DNA of 64,000 nt from Eledone cirrhosa (Eukaryota). The stretch lies in the NCBI GenBank assembly GCA_964016885.1, contig OZ024752.1, forward strand, positions 11,346,001 to 11,410,000. Direction: 5' to 3'. Positions 1 through 12,850 of this stretch are shown in pieces; the first letter of the stretch is position 1; every line of letters begins with the position of its first letter. Position numbers and translations under genes: made by a program. The notes beneath the pieces are model-generated. The model worked only from the letters and a program-made list of their open reading frames with translations, was not told the DNA's origin and ran no database searches.

Positions 1-200
1 CTGTGCATCTATAATTCATGTATTATTTTATACATGTATTTCTTATTCCATCACCCTCCATTGGTTTATTCTCTTTTTCAGTCAGTCATCATTTTTCCAC
101 CTCATAATTATATTTGTCACTACCTCCGTCTCTCCCCATCACTCACAATTATATCACTAGCAAATATAAGCCCACGCGCTTGCCACCCCAGCGAAGGAAG

Positions 201-376
201 ATGTTATGTGTTATTTTATTTATTTATCTGTTCTGACATTTCGAGATAAAATCTCTTCTTCAGAGGTATATAACAATTGACCCGTCCGTAATCAGCAAAA
301 CGCATCGCTTACCACGTTTACTGATTTTATTGTCTAAATACCAGGACAGATAAATAAATAAGGTAATACATAACAT
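201..376. repeat. Imperfect inverted repeat, arms about 201-250 and 326-376
   Basis: atgttatgtgttattttatttatttatctgttctg is the near reverse complement of caggacagataaataaataaggtaatacataacat. Confidence 0.65.
231..266 (-). ncRNA. Minimal type I hammerhead ribozyme-like motif (weak stem I)
   Basis: Minus strand reads ccu CUGAAGA A GAGAU uuu AUCUC GAAA U GUC agaa: core, 5-bp stem II, GUC site; AATAAA follows; only 2 bp of stem I remain. Confidence 0.55.
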
Positions 377-699
377 ATTTTCTCACCTTATTTTCTTGTT
401 CGTCCATTTCCCATAATTGTGGCCTTCTAACTTCATATTTTTCTAATTTGATAGTAGTATTAGGGGAATGGTAAAAGACAAGTGGATTCTGTCTTGGTGA
501 GGTAAATAAATAAATGAATAAATATATATATCTGTGTGTGTGTGTGTGTGCGTGTGCGTGTGTGTGTGTATATATAACATACAAGATCCGTAGTAAAACA
601 GCTGACGAAGGGAAATTTTTCTTTTCTTTTCTTGTGTGTGTCCCGATCACCTTCTAACACTTCGTTTTCAATAACCACACAGCCTCGCCTCCTAAACCT

Positions 700-959
700 T
701 TCCCCCACCCCGGAAAAACTCCCAGTTGATTGATGTGAATCCGAAATATATAGGGACTATTAAATCTCTCCCATTGTAACTCTCTCTCGTGTTGTTATTT
801 TTATTTTATCCTTTATACTCTTTCCTTCATTCTTCTACACATCTCATACACACCACGCATCTCAACGTACACCCACTTACATCTCTCTCTCCACCACCGG
901 ATCTTGTTACCCGGAGATTTACCCATTTGCATTGTCGAGGCTTCCAAACGACTTAAAGA

Positions 960-960
<1 letters not shown>
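700..960 (+). mobile_element. Non-coding Penelope-like terminal fragment, same family as 41583-42085
   Basis: Aligns by eye with 41820-42085; HHR-like scaffold at 719-756, ATTAAA, ends against (TA)n at 965. Confidence 0.6.
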
Positions 961-1032
<72 letters not shown>

Positions 1033-1554
1033 TGATCGCACTTTAAACTTCATATTTTTCTATACCATACACAATGCTTTTAGCAAACTGCAACTTTCTC
1101 CTACTATAACCTTCTTACACCTCCCTACTCTTATCCGTATTGTTCTTTCTACACCAACATTATATTTGTGTCAAACGATGAGAGTGACTGAAAGTAACCT
1201 GTATGCCATCTTTGTGTTCTCGCTTTAACAAATGTCCGTTTTACTTTTCTTATTGTTTTTATCAAGACTGAGCTTCATCGTGCAAAACTGGTTACAAGCA
1301 TTCTAGTCATAGCAACGCGTTCTTTTTTTTAAATATAGTATCGACCACCGAAAATGCCAATATCCTAATATGCAAATTTGCGTTTGATGAATATTTATTC
1401 GTTGTTTCCATTAAATCGAGAATCTAATTAAAGGTTCACAGTTTAGCTCGTAATATTTTACTTATAACAAAGGAGGGAGATAACTATTAGATTACATAAT
1501 TATTTTAGCAAAACCATGAATGGTTATAAATACAAAGACAACCAGTCTAAGATT

Positions 1555-1870
1555 CTGTTGCTTTCCAGCAGGTTTGTGGTCGAGCCCGTATCAGTGGAGA
1601 CCTCTTCTGCTGTCCTTGGCCCTAGGACCACAACCCTACTCACCACCATCGGCACGGAGCTGGCTACCCACAGGTGTGAGCCTCACAAGCAGGAATGTCT
1701 TCTTCCAGCGCGTTTCCCTCACCATCCTCCGGAGAAACGCCTTCTCTATTCTGTGCGCTGGGGTCGCGGGGCCGCCAGCGTTTGGACCCCCATTTACACA
1801 TAACAGGGGAGAGTGGGAGAGACGGAGGCAGTGACAGTGGGAGTTTGGTTCCTTTGTGTTCGGACCTGGT
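1555..1870 (+). mobile_element. 3' fragment of a CRE-like (restriction-endonuclease-type) non-LTR retrotransposon
   Basis: Frameshifted translation FVVEPVSVETS..LGP..LLTTIG.ELA..RCEP / FQRVSLTILRRNAFSIL resembles the C-terminus of CRE-clade REL domains; homologous copies at 29201 and 57800. Confidence 0.6.
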
Positions 1871-2179
1871 GTATATGTACATATTCTACCACATATACAT
1901 ACTCCTTCTCCGAACAAGCATTTGCATATATAACGAGTCTAAATTTGAAACCTGAACGCCACAAACAGGTACCAAAATCCCCCTCAAATCACATGCAACT
2001 AATTGATAATTTATTCCTGCCAACGTAGCCTTCACAACATCGTTAGTGTCGAATACAAGTACTGCCGATGTCAAACTTACGTTTCTACATATCGAGGTCG
2101 ATAAATAAAGTACCATTCTAATACAGGATTTCATTCTAGCTATCTATCTATCTATGTTTCAATGTATCTCACACTTTCT

Positions 2180-2395
2180 TTCACTCACTCTCTCTTTCTC
2201 TCTCTGTCTATTTATCTATTTATCTCGCATTTACTTTCTCTATCTCTCTCCCTCTCTCTCTCTCTCTCTATTGCTCTCTCTCTTACACTTTTTTTCTTTC
2301 ACACACTTTCTCCCTCTCTCTCGGTCTCTTACACTTTCTTTCACACACTTTCTCTCTCTCTCGCTGTACCTCCTACAATTTCTCTCTTTCACACA

Positions 2396-2461
<66 letters not shown>

Positions 2462-2600
2462 AGGTATGTATATATTTATCTTCCCTCTGTCTCTCTCTAT
2501 ATTTAACTATATATTTGAATCTCTCACCATCTCTGTGCATATTTATGTATGTATAGACTCTCTCTCTCTCTCTCTCTGTATATCCCTCTCTCTCTATATA
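2180..2600. repeat. (CT)n-rich microsatellite region
   Basis: Pure CT run about 2399-2457 within degenerate CT sequence. Confidence 0.9.
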
Positions 2601-2690
2601 TATATCGTTTATACCTTATAAGATGAGACCTGCTAAACACACCCTAGAAATGAACTATGTATTCTCCCAAGAAAATTGAATGTCAATCAA

Positions 2691-2880
2691 ATAATTGTTT
2701 CTACTTTTGGCACAAGGCCAGCAATTATCTCAGTGTATTACTGGTACTTTATTTTATCGACCCCGTAAGGATGAAAGGCAAAGTTAACCTCGGCGGGATT
2801 TGAACTCAGACCATAAAGGGCCGTAACTCTATGCTGCAAAGCATGGCGTCCGACCCTCTACCGATACTGCCAATACACCG
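2691..2880 (-). mobile_element. tRNA-derived SINE, family A
   Basis: Reverse complement of the recurring unit ggattggcagtatcggtagag...gagttcaaatccc (box B)...gcctttcatccttacggggtcgataaaataaagtaccag...ggccttgtgccaaaagtagaaacaattatt; core resembles the Nin/Deu SINE domain. Confidence 0.85.
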
Positions 2881-3120
2881 CATGCTTGTCAAATTCGTCA
2901 GCAGGTGATGTTTGTAACGTGATGGCTCATTTCTCTCATCTTTCCTTTATAAACTTCGTAAAATAACGCAATTGTCAAGGCTGAAGTTCCCTTGATCATA
3001 GTTCAGTAGTTCTGCGTAATCAGGATTGATCCTCGTCTGAACAACAACTGCAAGTCGTGTATAGATCGATGTTCAATAGATTTGGCAATTTTGAATATAT
3101 ATATATGTATATATATATAT

Positions 3121-3404
3121 ATTGTTATACTTTGGGAGGGTCATGTTGCCAATAAGAAACACACGCACCTGTTGCTTTCACTCCAATTTATTATAAATTA
3201 AATTTATAAATTTCCGGTTGGTTGGTTGGTTGGTTCCACAACCGGACGGTTGTTCATATATTGTCAAAGTTCTTTCGTCACACATTCTGTGACCTCTTCA
3301 GTGACTGGGGATTCTTTTCTTTGTGTTGTGCCTCTCCTTTGTTCTGTCCTACGCGCCATCTTGTTTTTGTGTCACAAAAACAAGATGGCGTAGGAGAGAA
3401 CAAA
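3121..3404 (-). mobile_element. Short HHR-bearing element with terminal fold-back (3338-3404), same family as 44527-45165
   Basis: Shares the terminus attgttata..ggagggtcat and the tacgccat segment with 44527; HHR at 3263-3305; lies between (TA)n tracts. Confidence 0.7.
3263..3305 (-). ncRNA. Minimal type I hammerhead ribozyme motif with an extra nt after CUGANGA
   Basis: GUCA CUGAAGA G GUCACA gaaug UGUGAC GAAA GAAC UU UGAC: 4-bp stem I, 6-bp stem II, minimal stem III, CUU site. Confidence 0.65.
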
Positions 3405-3470
3405 TATGGAAAAATATAAATATACGTCTAGATCGTTCATCATTAATTATATATTGTGTTGTTCAATTTC

Positions 3471-3533
<63 letters not shown>

Positions 3534-3761
3534 TTTCCGTTGTGTCCAACTCGATGTCATGCTCGGGAATCACACGAAATTCAGACGGCAGTGGTAGTCA
3601 TGGTGAGCTAGCGGAGGAATATCTTCGTGGCACCTGTAACGGATATATGCGAATGTGTTTCTGTGTGCATATGCGTATGTGTGTGCGTTTGTGTGTGTGG
3701 AGGTTATGTACACTTTATGCGTTCCAAAATAACTACTATATTGTTTTCTATGACATTAATA

Positions 3762-3883
3762 TTTTACTTTCATCCTTACGGGATCGATAACATAAAGCAC
3801 CAGTAACGCACTGGGGTTGGTTTAATTGACTCTCCCGTCACCTTCAAATTGCTGGCTTTGTGCCAAATGTAGACACAATTGTT
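3762..3883 (+). mobile_element. SINE family A, 5'-truncated
   Basis: tttcatccttacgggatcgataacataaagcaccag...gctggctttgtgccaaatgtagacacaatt. Confidence 0.75.
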
Positions 3884-4229
3884 AAAAAACTAAAATATAA
3901 CTCCCATGTTTCCCTTCGTTCTCAAAACATTCTCACATCTTTTCCTAATTTGTCCCTTTTCAATCATTTAACCATTTTCCTATATATTTATGATCATATG
4001 TACATATAAAAGTTTATAAGGTCCAAAAAAGAACGTCCATATTGTTGTCTATGTCATTAATATTTTACTGTTTCCATTATTTTTTCAGGTAAGCAAATTT
4101 CCTGTTTATGATTAACTCCAGAGATATTATAATTTATTGAACTAAAAAAAGGAGTACATACTAAACCTGTCAGGTTAGTTCACAACCTTTCGTAATCTAG
4201 AGAGATACGTTCACTCATTCTTTCATCCC

Positions 4230-4958
<729 letters not shown>

Positions 4959-5269
4959 TGGTGGCTGCCAACTCGTTTTCGAATACGGCCACTACTTTAT
5001 ATCCATGTAGGAGAAACCGTACCGATGCGCTGAACGAGTGTGACGTTTTAGTCCAGCCAGCGACTTGAAAACTCTGGTACAAACACTACACTTGTGACAA
5101 TTATTGACACATAGTGCTGGGCCCATGGTACCATGTGACGACAAGTGCAGAGAGATCTCCAGATATAAAGCAATGCCTGTGCCGTGAAGCTTTTATAGTG
5201 AGCAAAGGCCAGTCCCACTCTCTTAACCAAGATGATATTTACCAAAAAGAAGAACAAGTCAACATCATT

Positions 5270-5555
5270 GGATACCATCAGGGTTGCAGGTGTTATATCA
5301 GAGTTTTCCTTCTCCTAGAATTCTGCCTTGACAAAGGCTAAGGGGTCATCTCTCCCCGTGATTTTGGATGGCCATTGACTCTTAAGAGCTCCTTTGCCCT
5401 TTGACAGGTTTTGTTTTTAGTCCTGCAGGATGTCCAAAGTCACCCTCCTCACCAATAAACCTTGGTGGGGTTGCCAGTTTAGTCGCCAACGACCCGACCA
5501 CGAGACAGGTTGTACTGGGATACATGTTACCTATAGTACCAACTGGTGACCTGAC
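5270..5555 (-). mobile_element. Probable RTE-type LINE 5' region or RTE-derived SINE
   Basis: Minus strand has ggcgactaaa and tctaggagaaggaaaactctga, motifs I recognise from RTE 5' UTRs. Confidence 0.4.
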
Positions 5556-5904
5556 ATATCATACATACATACATACATACATACATACATACATACATAC
5601 ATACATACATACATACATACATACATACATACATACATACATACATACATACTGAGATAGAAAGAGAGGAGAGGAACAGAGGTCATGTATTCTTGATATA
5701 AAATTTGCATGTATATAATAGCATATAATTATAATCATCCATTTTCATCAAGATATCTAAATATCTGTGATGATGTGAAATTTCTGAGGGTGAAAGTTGA
5801 AAGAATATGACAGGACGGAATGGGAATGTTGAAACTCCATTTAATCAAATATTAAAATGAAATTATTTCAGATATTTTCATCACGTTTATGAATCAATAT
5901 ATGT

Positions 5905-6115
5905 GCAGGGTGGTCCGAAAGTCCTGTCACCGCCTACCAAAATGTAACGTGAAACTGTTTATGTTCCCATCGCAATATCGTCCTCTTCGGAGGAGCTGGT
6001 GTGCTGAATCTTGCAGTGAAGTCATGTCGCATGTCCCCCATGCTCTTGCCAGAATGCACACGATCATGTGTCCATATACGTGCAAGAAGCCTCTCTTCCA
6101 AACTGTAGGAGCTCT
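5905..6115 (-). mobile_element. Tc1/mariner deletion derivative: TIR plus transposase N-terminal HTH remnant
   Basis: cagggtggtccgaaagtc TIR-like end; minus translation SYSLEERLLARIWTHDRVHSGKSMGDMRHDFTARFSTPAPPKRTILRWEHKQF resembles DUF4817-type transposase N-termini. Confidence 0.6.
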
Positions 6116-6202
6116 GAAATAGAAAATTATATTATTATTATTATTATATATTATAGGATTATATTATATATTATAGGATTATATTATATATTATAGGATA
6201 AT

Positions 6203-6400
6203 GGCGGTGGATTGGCAGTATCCGTAGAGGGTCAGACGCCATGCTTTCTAGCATAGTTACGTCCCTTTACGTTCAGAGTTCAAATCCCGTCGAGGTCAAC
6301 TTTGCCTTTCATCCTTACGGGGTCGATAAAATAAAGTACCAGTAATGTACTGGGTAATTGCTGGCAGTGTGCCAAATATTGAAACAATTATTATTATTAT
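6203..6400 (+). mobile_element. SINE family A, full length
   Basis: Box A/B head, core and (ATT)n tail. Confidence 0.9.
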
Positions 6401-7631
6401 ATATCATAATTAATGATATTATATTATTAAAAGAAAAAAATAATGAAAGTTAAAACAATATGTGACAATGAGTGACAAGACTCTCGGACCACTCTGTAGT
6501 ATGCCTTATGCACTCGATAAGGTTAAATAGGATCAATAAGAACTGCAATGTGGTTGTGCCGTCAATTAAGCCAGTCTACAAAGACTTAACGACAGCTACC
6601 ATATTGACCTCATACCTAATCAGAAGCGCAATAACGTTATCATTTGTGATGGATTGGTAGCAAATTATTATTTCTTTTAACCTGAGGTTTTGTATGATTA
6701 TAATAAAATGACATCATATATACAAAAATCGTGATAATATTTCGAGTAAAATTACATCTGGTTCGGTTCTCTAGTTGAATCTTGATTCAAAAACACCTAA
6801 AATATATCTTTGAGATTGGAGGTCTTCCATATCATCTATACGTAATATAAAATCATAGATATACACCTTTCCATGCTTTTTATTACTTAGATAATTGCCA
6901 ATTGCTTAACCCACAAGAATTCTTGCTAATGTCTAGAGAGTAAATACCAAAAATATGGTCATTTTTTATTATTAGATAATTTTCAATTCCATATTCCATA
7001 AGATCCCTTATTAATATCTACAGAGTAGATACAAAAAATGTGATAAATTCTCTCTATATTATCCATCATATGATTTTGCTAAAAGCCCTTTCGATCGAAA
7101 AAGGATCCTATCTATCTTTCATATAATAATACTCATTATAATGAAGCTTTTAACATTTCATGATATCCAAATCATTTAAAAGGAAGGCATTCAGATAAAG
7201 TTAATAAAACCATTGTCTATTTCATAAAATTGAAAACCAATTTTAAGCAACCAGCTAACTTCCTTGGACATGACATTAGATAAAAGGTATTCCAAGTTAT
7301 ATAACACCATTTTGTTTGAAGAAGTGAATGAATTTTACATTTACTGAAAAAATCTCGTATAAAAAATAGTTATATTAGAAACTATTATTTCGAATGTGAT
7401 GCTTGGAATATTTTTATGGTATCCTAAAATGTTTGCCATCAAGCAACGACTGAATTCGGAGCCAAATTGATATGTGTGAATATGGAAGTATAACTCATTG
7501 AAACGTTGAACGAAAAAAGGGATTCTTAAATTTAGGTTGACGGTTACAGGCACCTCGATATCAAGGACCTACTCATTGCGTATGTACGTTATCTAGGAGT
7601 GACTGTAAATTGAACGAAGTTGTAAGAGATA

Positions 7632-7731
7632 TGGCCCTTTAAGTTCTGAGTTCAAATCCCGCCAGGTTAACTTTGTACCAGTAATGCACTGGGGTAATTT
7701 GTTGACCTTGTGCCAAAAGTAGAAACAATTA
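7632..7731 (+). mobile_element. SINE family A, partial with internal deletion
   Basis: ctgagttcaaatcccgcc...gtaccagtaatgcactgggg...agaaacaatt. Confidence 0.75.
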
Positions 7732-8492
<761 letters not shown>

Positions 8493-8691
8493 TTTATAAT
8501 AAACGCAGTGGATTGGCAGTATCAGTAGAGCGTCGGACACCATGATCGTGAGACGTACCATGGCCCTTAGCATGATTTGAAAATCCGAAAATTGAAGTAT
8601 CTACCGGATGAAAAAAATATTTAATAGATGACAATGAGTCACTTGAATACCTAGAAATGGCAACTAAGTATCCCTCAAATGACACATCATT

Positions 8692-9107
8692 GATTGGCAG
8701 TATCAGTAGAGGGTCGGATGCCATCGTTTGCAGCAAAGAGCTACTTCCCTTTATGGTCTGAGTTCAAATCCCGCCGAGGTTAACTTTGCCTTTCATCCTT
8801 ACGGGGTCGATAAAATAAAGCACCAGTAATACACTGGGATAATTGCTGGCCTTGTGCCAAATATAGAAACAATTATCTTAATGCTACGAAGCATGCTGTC
8901 CGAATAGGTAGAGCGCCGGGAAACATGATTCGTAGCTTAGAGTTACGGCTCTTTGCGCTCTGAGTTCAAATCCCACCAAGGTTAGCTTTGCCTTTCATCC
9001 TTATGGGGTCGATAAAATAAAGTACCAGTAATGCACTGGGGTCGATTTCATTGACTCTCTCCTTCCCCAAAATATTGATGGCCTTGTGCCTAGTAGAAAC
9101 AATTATT
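8692..9107 (+). mobile_element. Two tandem SINE family A copies (8692-8876, 8887-9107)
   Basis: Two box B plus core plus tail units; extra head fragment at about 8507-8545. Confidence 0.85.
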
Positions 9108-9877
9108 TGTAATATAGCTAGAAAATGGTATTATGGAAGATTTATTTGTATTGCTTTAAGATCATACTTCGATTACAATAAGGTCTTATTAGAAAATGTA
9201 ATATCGATTGCTTCTAACGGTACTACAGCTACAGGTAGAAGGTATAAAAGCATGGTGGAGGGGCTGAAATCACTGTAATAGATTGTATTGTTCATGGACA
9301 CAATTGTGTATTATTTTACTATATTATTGTAGCGGTGAGATACACAGATAAAACCATTTTCAAGGAGCAGTTGGAGAAAACGTTTCAGAACCATTGATTT
9401 TCATTCACACAAATAAGAAAAAAACATTGTATACCATCCGATCAACTGTTTGTTTTCCTAGCTTAAAATATTGAAGATCCTTCTAGGCATTGTCATTAAT
9501 AACATTGTTAGAAGTATTTTCATATAATTCATAAATAGAAAGCAATTAATTTATAACTAGTGGTAAATGCTTCAAAATAATATTTACGAAACGATGAAAA
9601 AAAGAGATAAAAATAATGTAAGCTGTTTAAAGTGAACTAAATAAAAAAAAAACAGGGAAGCCGATAACTAGAATATGGGATATTTGGTGTATAAAAAGTC
9701 GATAATATAATGGATATTATTTTATTTATATATTGTATTTTATTTCACTGATTTTTCATTGATTTTATTTCAGATTAATTATGTATTTACGTGTGTGTAT
9801 ATATATATATATATTGTGAGTGTGTGAAAGAAACACATACATATTGATACGTATTCGCATAAATAAACACACCCAAC

Positions 9878-9962
<85 letters not shown>

Positions 9963-10033
9963 GTTGAAACAGAAAACAAAAAAAAAACGACAACGAGGAA
10001 GCGAAGAGGCAGTACAAAATGTTAATATTAGTG

Positions 10034-10112
<79 letters not shown>

Positions 10113-10329
10113 AAGATGCACCTAATGTTTAATAAACAAGTTTATAGTACCGAAGGAAAATAATTTACTTCATGTATAGTAAATTATAATTTTGTTTTAA
10201 AGGGATTTAGAGGAGTGTTCATTATCTAATTTGTTTTTATACTTACCAGTTTTTGTACTTACACAGTATTTTTCCGTGTCGTTATTATTGCAGTTATTGA
10301 GTGCATTGTGTATGATGTCCTATTATGGT

Positions 10330-11400
10330 GTCTTATTTATTTTACTGGTCTCTTGGGTGATGTATTTGGTTCTGCCTCGCATTAATTCTTTATTCCTGTT
10401 TGAGAAATATATTCTGTCTGAAATGTGGATTTTTCTTTGTTGTTCTCCATTTATATATAATCGATTTATGGCTAAACCTTTAAACGTGAAGGTGGCTTGG
10501 TTTGAAATTATTGATGTACGATTTACGGACTCATCTTCGAAAACATTTTTTCGAATACAAATCGTCGAACACATTTCTTCCAAATCAGATACTTTGAAGT
10601 GCATTCACGTCGAAAGGATTTTACTCAGAAAATCAAAACATCGTAAAGTTGGTTTCATAACCTTCTTTGAATACAAGATTTGGTTAATCCTAACCCTAAT
10701 TGATGATCAGAAGTAATTGGCCTGTCCAAGTTGTTATTAAAATGTCCTACATAAACTGCCGAGAGAGGGAGAGAGAGATTCAAATTTTTTTTCTGAAATA
10801 TGTCCGAAATTGATGATTCGAAGTAATTGGCCTGTCGAAGGTATTTTTACTACAAAGCTTTTGCTTGTCGAAGATATCTTACTTCGAAGTTTTTATTTTC
10901 GAATAGATGTTTTCAGAGAATAGTCCGTAAGCGTTGATGTACACCTTATTTTGAAGTGTGATATTTCAACTTGTTATCCCCTTTTCTATCTAACATGTGG
11001 CGATCTCCTTAGAATGTCTTTGACACCCCTTTTGTCTAAGTAAGTGTCTCCCTAAAGTTAATCCATATTGAGGGTTTCTTTGGTAAGTTCGACATTAGAT
11101 TTGCGTTTTAGGAATGGTATCAGCGTTTGTCTTCGGTTGTCTTCGTGGTACTGATGTTTATTTCCTTCACGAATGGATTTTCTGAGCTGCATCCCTTTTA
11201 AATTGCTTTTCAATGTTTTGCGAATCTGTTTTCGTTTTTCGTCCATCCACGTAACAAAATCACTCCCTATATTACGCATTCCTGTATCCCATAGTTTATA
11301 AATGTGATCAATAGGCCCTGGCCCTTTTTTTGGAGGGGGGGGGGGCACTTCAATTACCATTTGTTCATCAATGTCTTTGTAATATTTGTTCATTTGTATA
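10330..11400 (-). pseudogene. Possible highly decayed Penelope-like RT/GIY-YIG coding remnant, split by a MITE
   Basis: Minus translation across the MITE gives TLIPFLKR...RRH...KIRCTS...LYINGEQQRK, loosely like the PLE linker and TCxSxN..YIGET region; many stops and frameshifts. Confidence 0.3.
10520..10933. mobile_element. Mutator-like MITE
   Basis: About 40-bp imperfect TIRs (ttacggact...gaaaacat..ttcgaa) and a 9-bp direct repeat ttgatgtac on both flanks (10511-10519, 10934-10942). Confidence 0.65.
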
Positions 11401-11570
11401 TACTCTTCGTTTTATTAGTTCAATTAGTTTTTTTTTTTGTTTTAGAGAGAATATTTCTGCCGTAGATGTTTCTCTGGTTCCGGTTCCTCATTAGTCATAT
11501 ATCAGTAATATCAGTGGGGTTGAGTTTATCTACCGTTCGTAGATATTAATTTTATTATTTAGTATATTCA

Positions 11571-11760
11571 GGGCAATGGATTTGCAGTATCGGTAGAGGG
11601 TCGGGCGCCATGCTTTGCAGCATAGAGTTACGGCCCTTCATGATCAGATTTCAAATCCCGCCGAGGTTAACTTTTCCTGTCATCCTTACGGGGTCGATAA
11701 AATAAAGTATCAGTAATGTACTGGCTAATTGCTGGCCTTGTGCCAAAATAGAAACAATGA
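11571..11760 (+). mobile_element. SINE family A, full length
   Basis: Matches family consensus. Confidence 0.9.
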
Positions 11761-12420
11761 TTTAGTATATTCGAAATTGAGAACATTTGTAGATTGAACT
11801 GTTTAGTCCTTATGCAGTATATTCTCATGAGTAGCGTAGCTCTGGGAGCATTCTGAATATTCTGTTTGTTTTGTTTGAACTCCCGTTTCTCTGATTTTCT
11901 ATAGTTCTTTTCTATAATATTATTGATCCGAATATCTTATTATAGCAATTAAGCTTTTCTTAATCTTGTAAGATTCTCTCAGGATTCATCAAGTTTTTCC
12001 AGGTTTTTCCTAGAGTTGAAAGTTGTATAATGTTTTCTATTAGATAGCAGCTACACGTTACAAGGTACCGAATTTTACTTTAAAATTAGGAGCTACATTT
12101 CGTGTCACTCATATAATTTAATATATAGTATAATATGCGAAGTTTACTATTAACATTGCATTGGTCAAATAAATATGGCAGAACACCGCCGGCAATTAGG
12201 GAACTGTACACCATAAAATATACAATGTTGCGGAGTTCGAGCCTTGCGGAGGTGGAGCCTTGCTACATTTCGATAGGTTTCCTTACTATCAACGGAACAA
12301 TTGGACAAGGGAATAGCAACTAGACAGTAAATAAAATGTATTTAATATGTAAATACAAACCAAAATTGAACTCGTTGAACCCGTTCAACCCCAGCTATCA
12401 GACGATACTGAGTCCCGATA

Positions 12421-12638
12421 TAATAGTTTCTTATGTAGGCACAAGGCCAGCAATTTTGGGGAGGGGAAAGTCAATTAAATCGACCCCAGTGTGTTACTGG
12501 TACTTTATTTTATCGACCCCGTAAAGATGAAAGGCAAAGTTAACCTCGGCGTCATTTGAACTCAGATCATAAAGGGCCGTAACTCTATGCTGCAAAGCAT
12601 GGCGTCCGACCTTCTACCGATGCTGCCAATCCACCGCC
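12421..12638 (-). mobile_element. SINE family A, long-tail variant
   Basis: Matches the consensus reverse complement, with extra gtcgatttaattgactttcccc segment. Confidence 0.9.
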
Positions 12639-12703
12639 ATGAATCCCAATATATTGATGCCAGAGTTGCGTCCTTTGTCATGACACTGGAAGTGACAGCA
12701 AAT

Positions 12704-12850
12704 GTGAAGGCGCATGGCTTAGTGGTTAGCGCATTGGGCTTGCAATCGAAAGGTTGTGAGTTCAATTCTCGGACCGGGTGATGTGTTGTTTCCTTGAGCA
12801 AGACAATTTATTTCACGTTGCTCCAATTTACTCAGTTGTAGAAATGAGAT
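12704..12850 (+). mobile_element. tRNA-derived SINE, family B (head and core)
   Basis: ggcgcatggcttagtggttag (box A), gagttcaattc (box B), ccttgagcaagacaatttatttcacgttgctcca core. Confidence 0.8.

Noticed and set aside
596-650. CTGACGA followed by GGGA...TCCC as a hammerhead
   Set aside because: GAAA is absent (GATC) and no stem I or III can be formed
6203-6295. tRNA genes at box A/box B motifs
   Set aside because: All are SINE heads joined to SINE cores; no complete cloverleaf
10686-10700. Telomere-like cctaaccctaa
   Set aside because: Only two units, internal to the MITE
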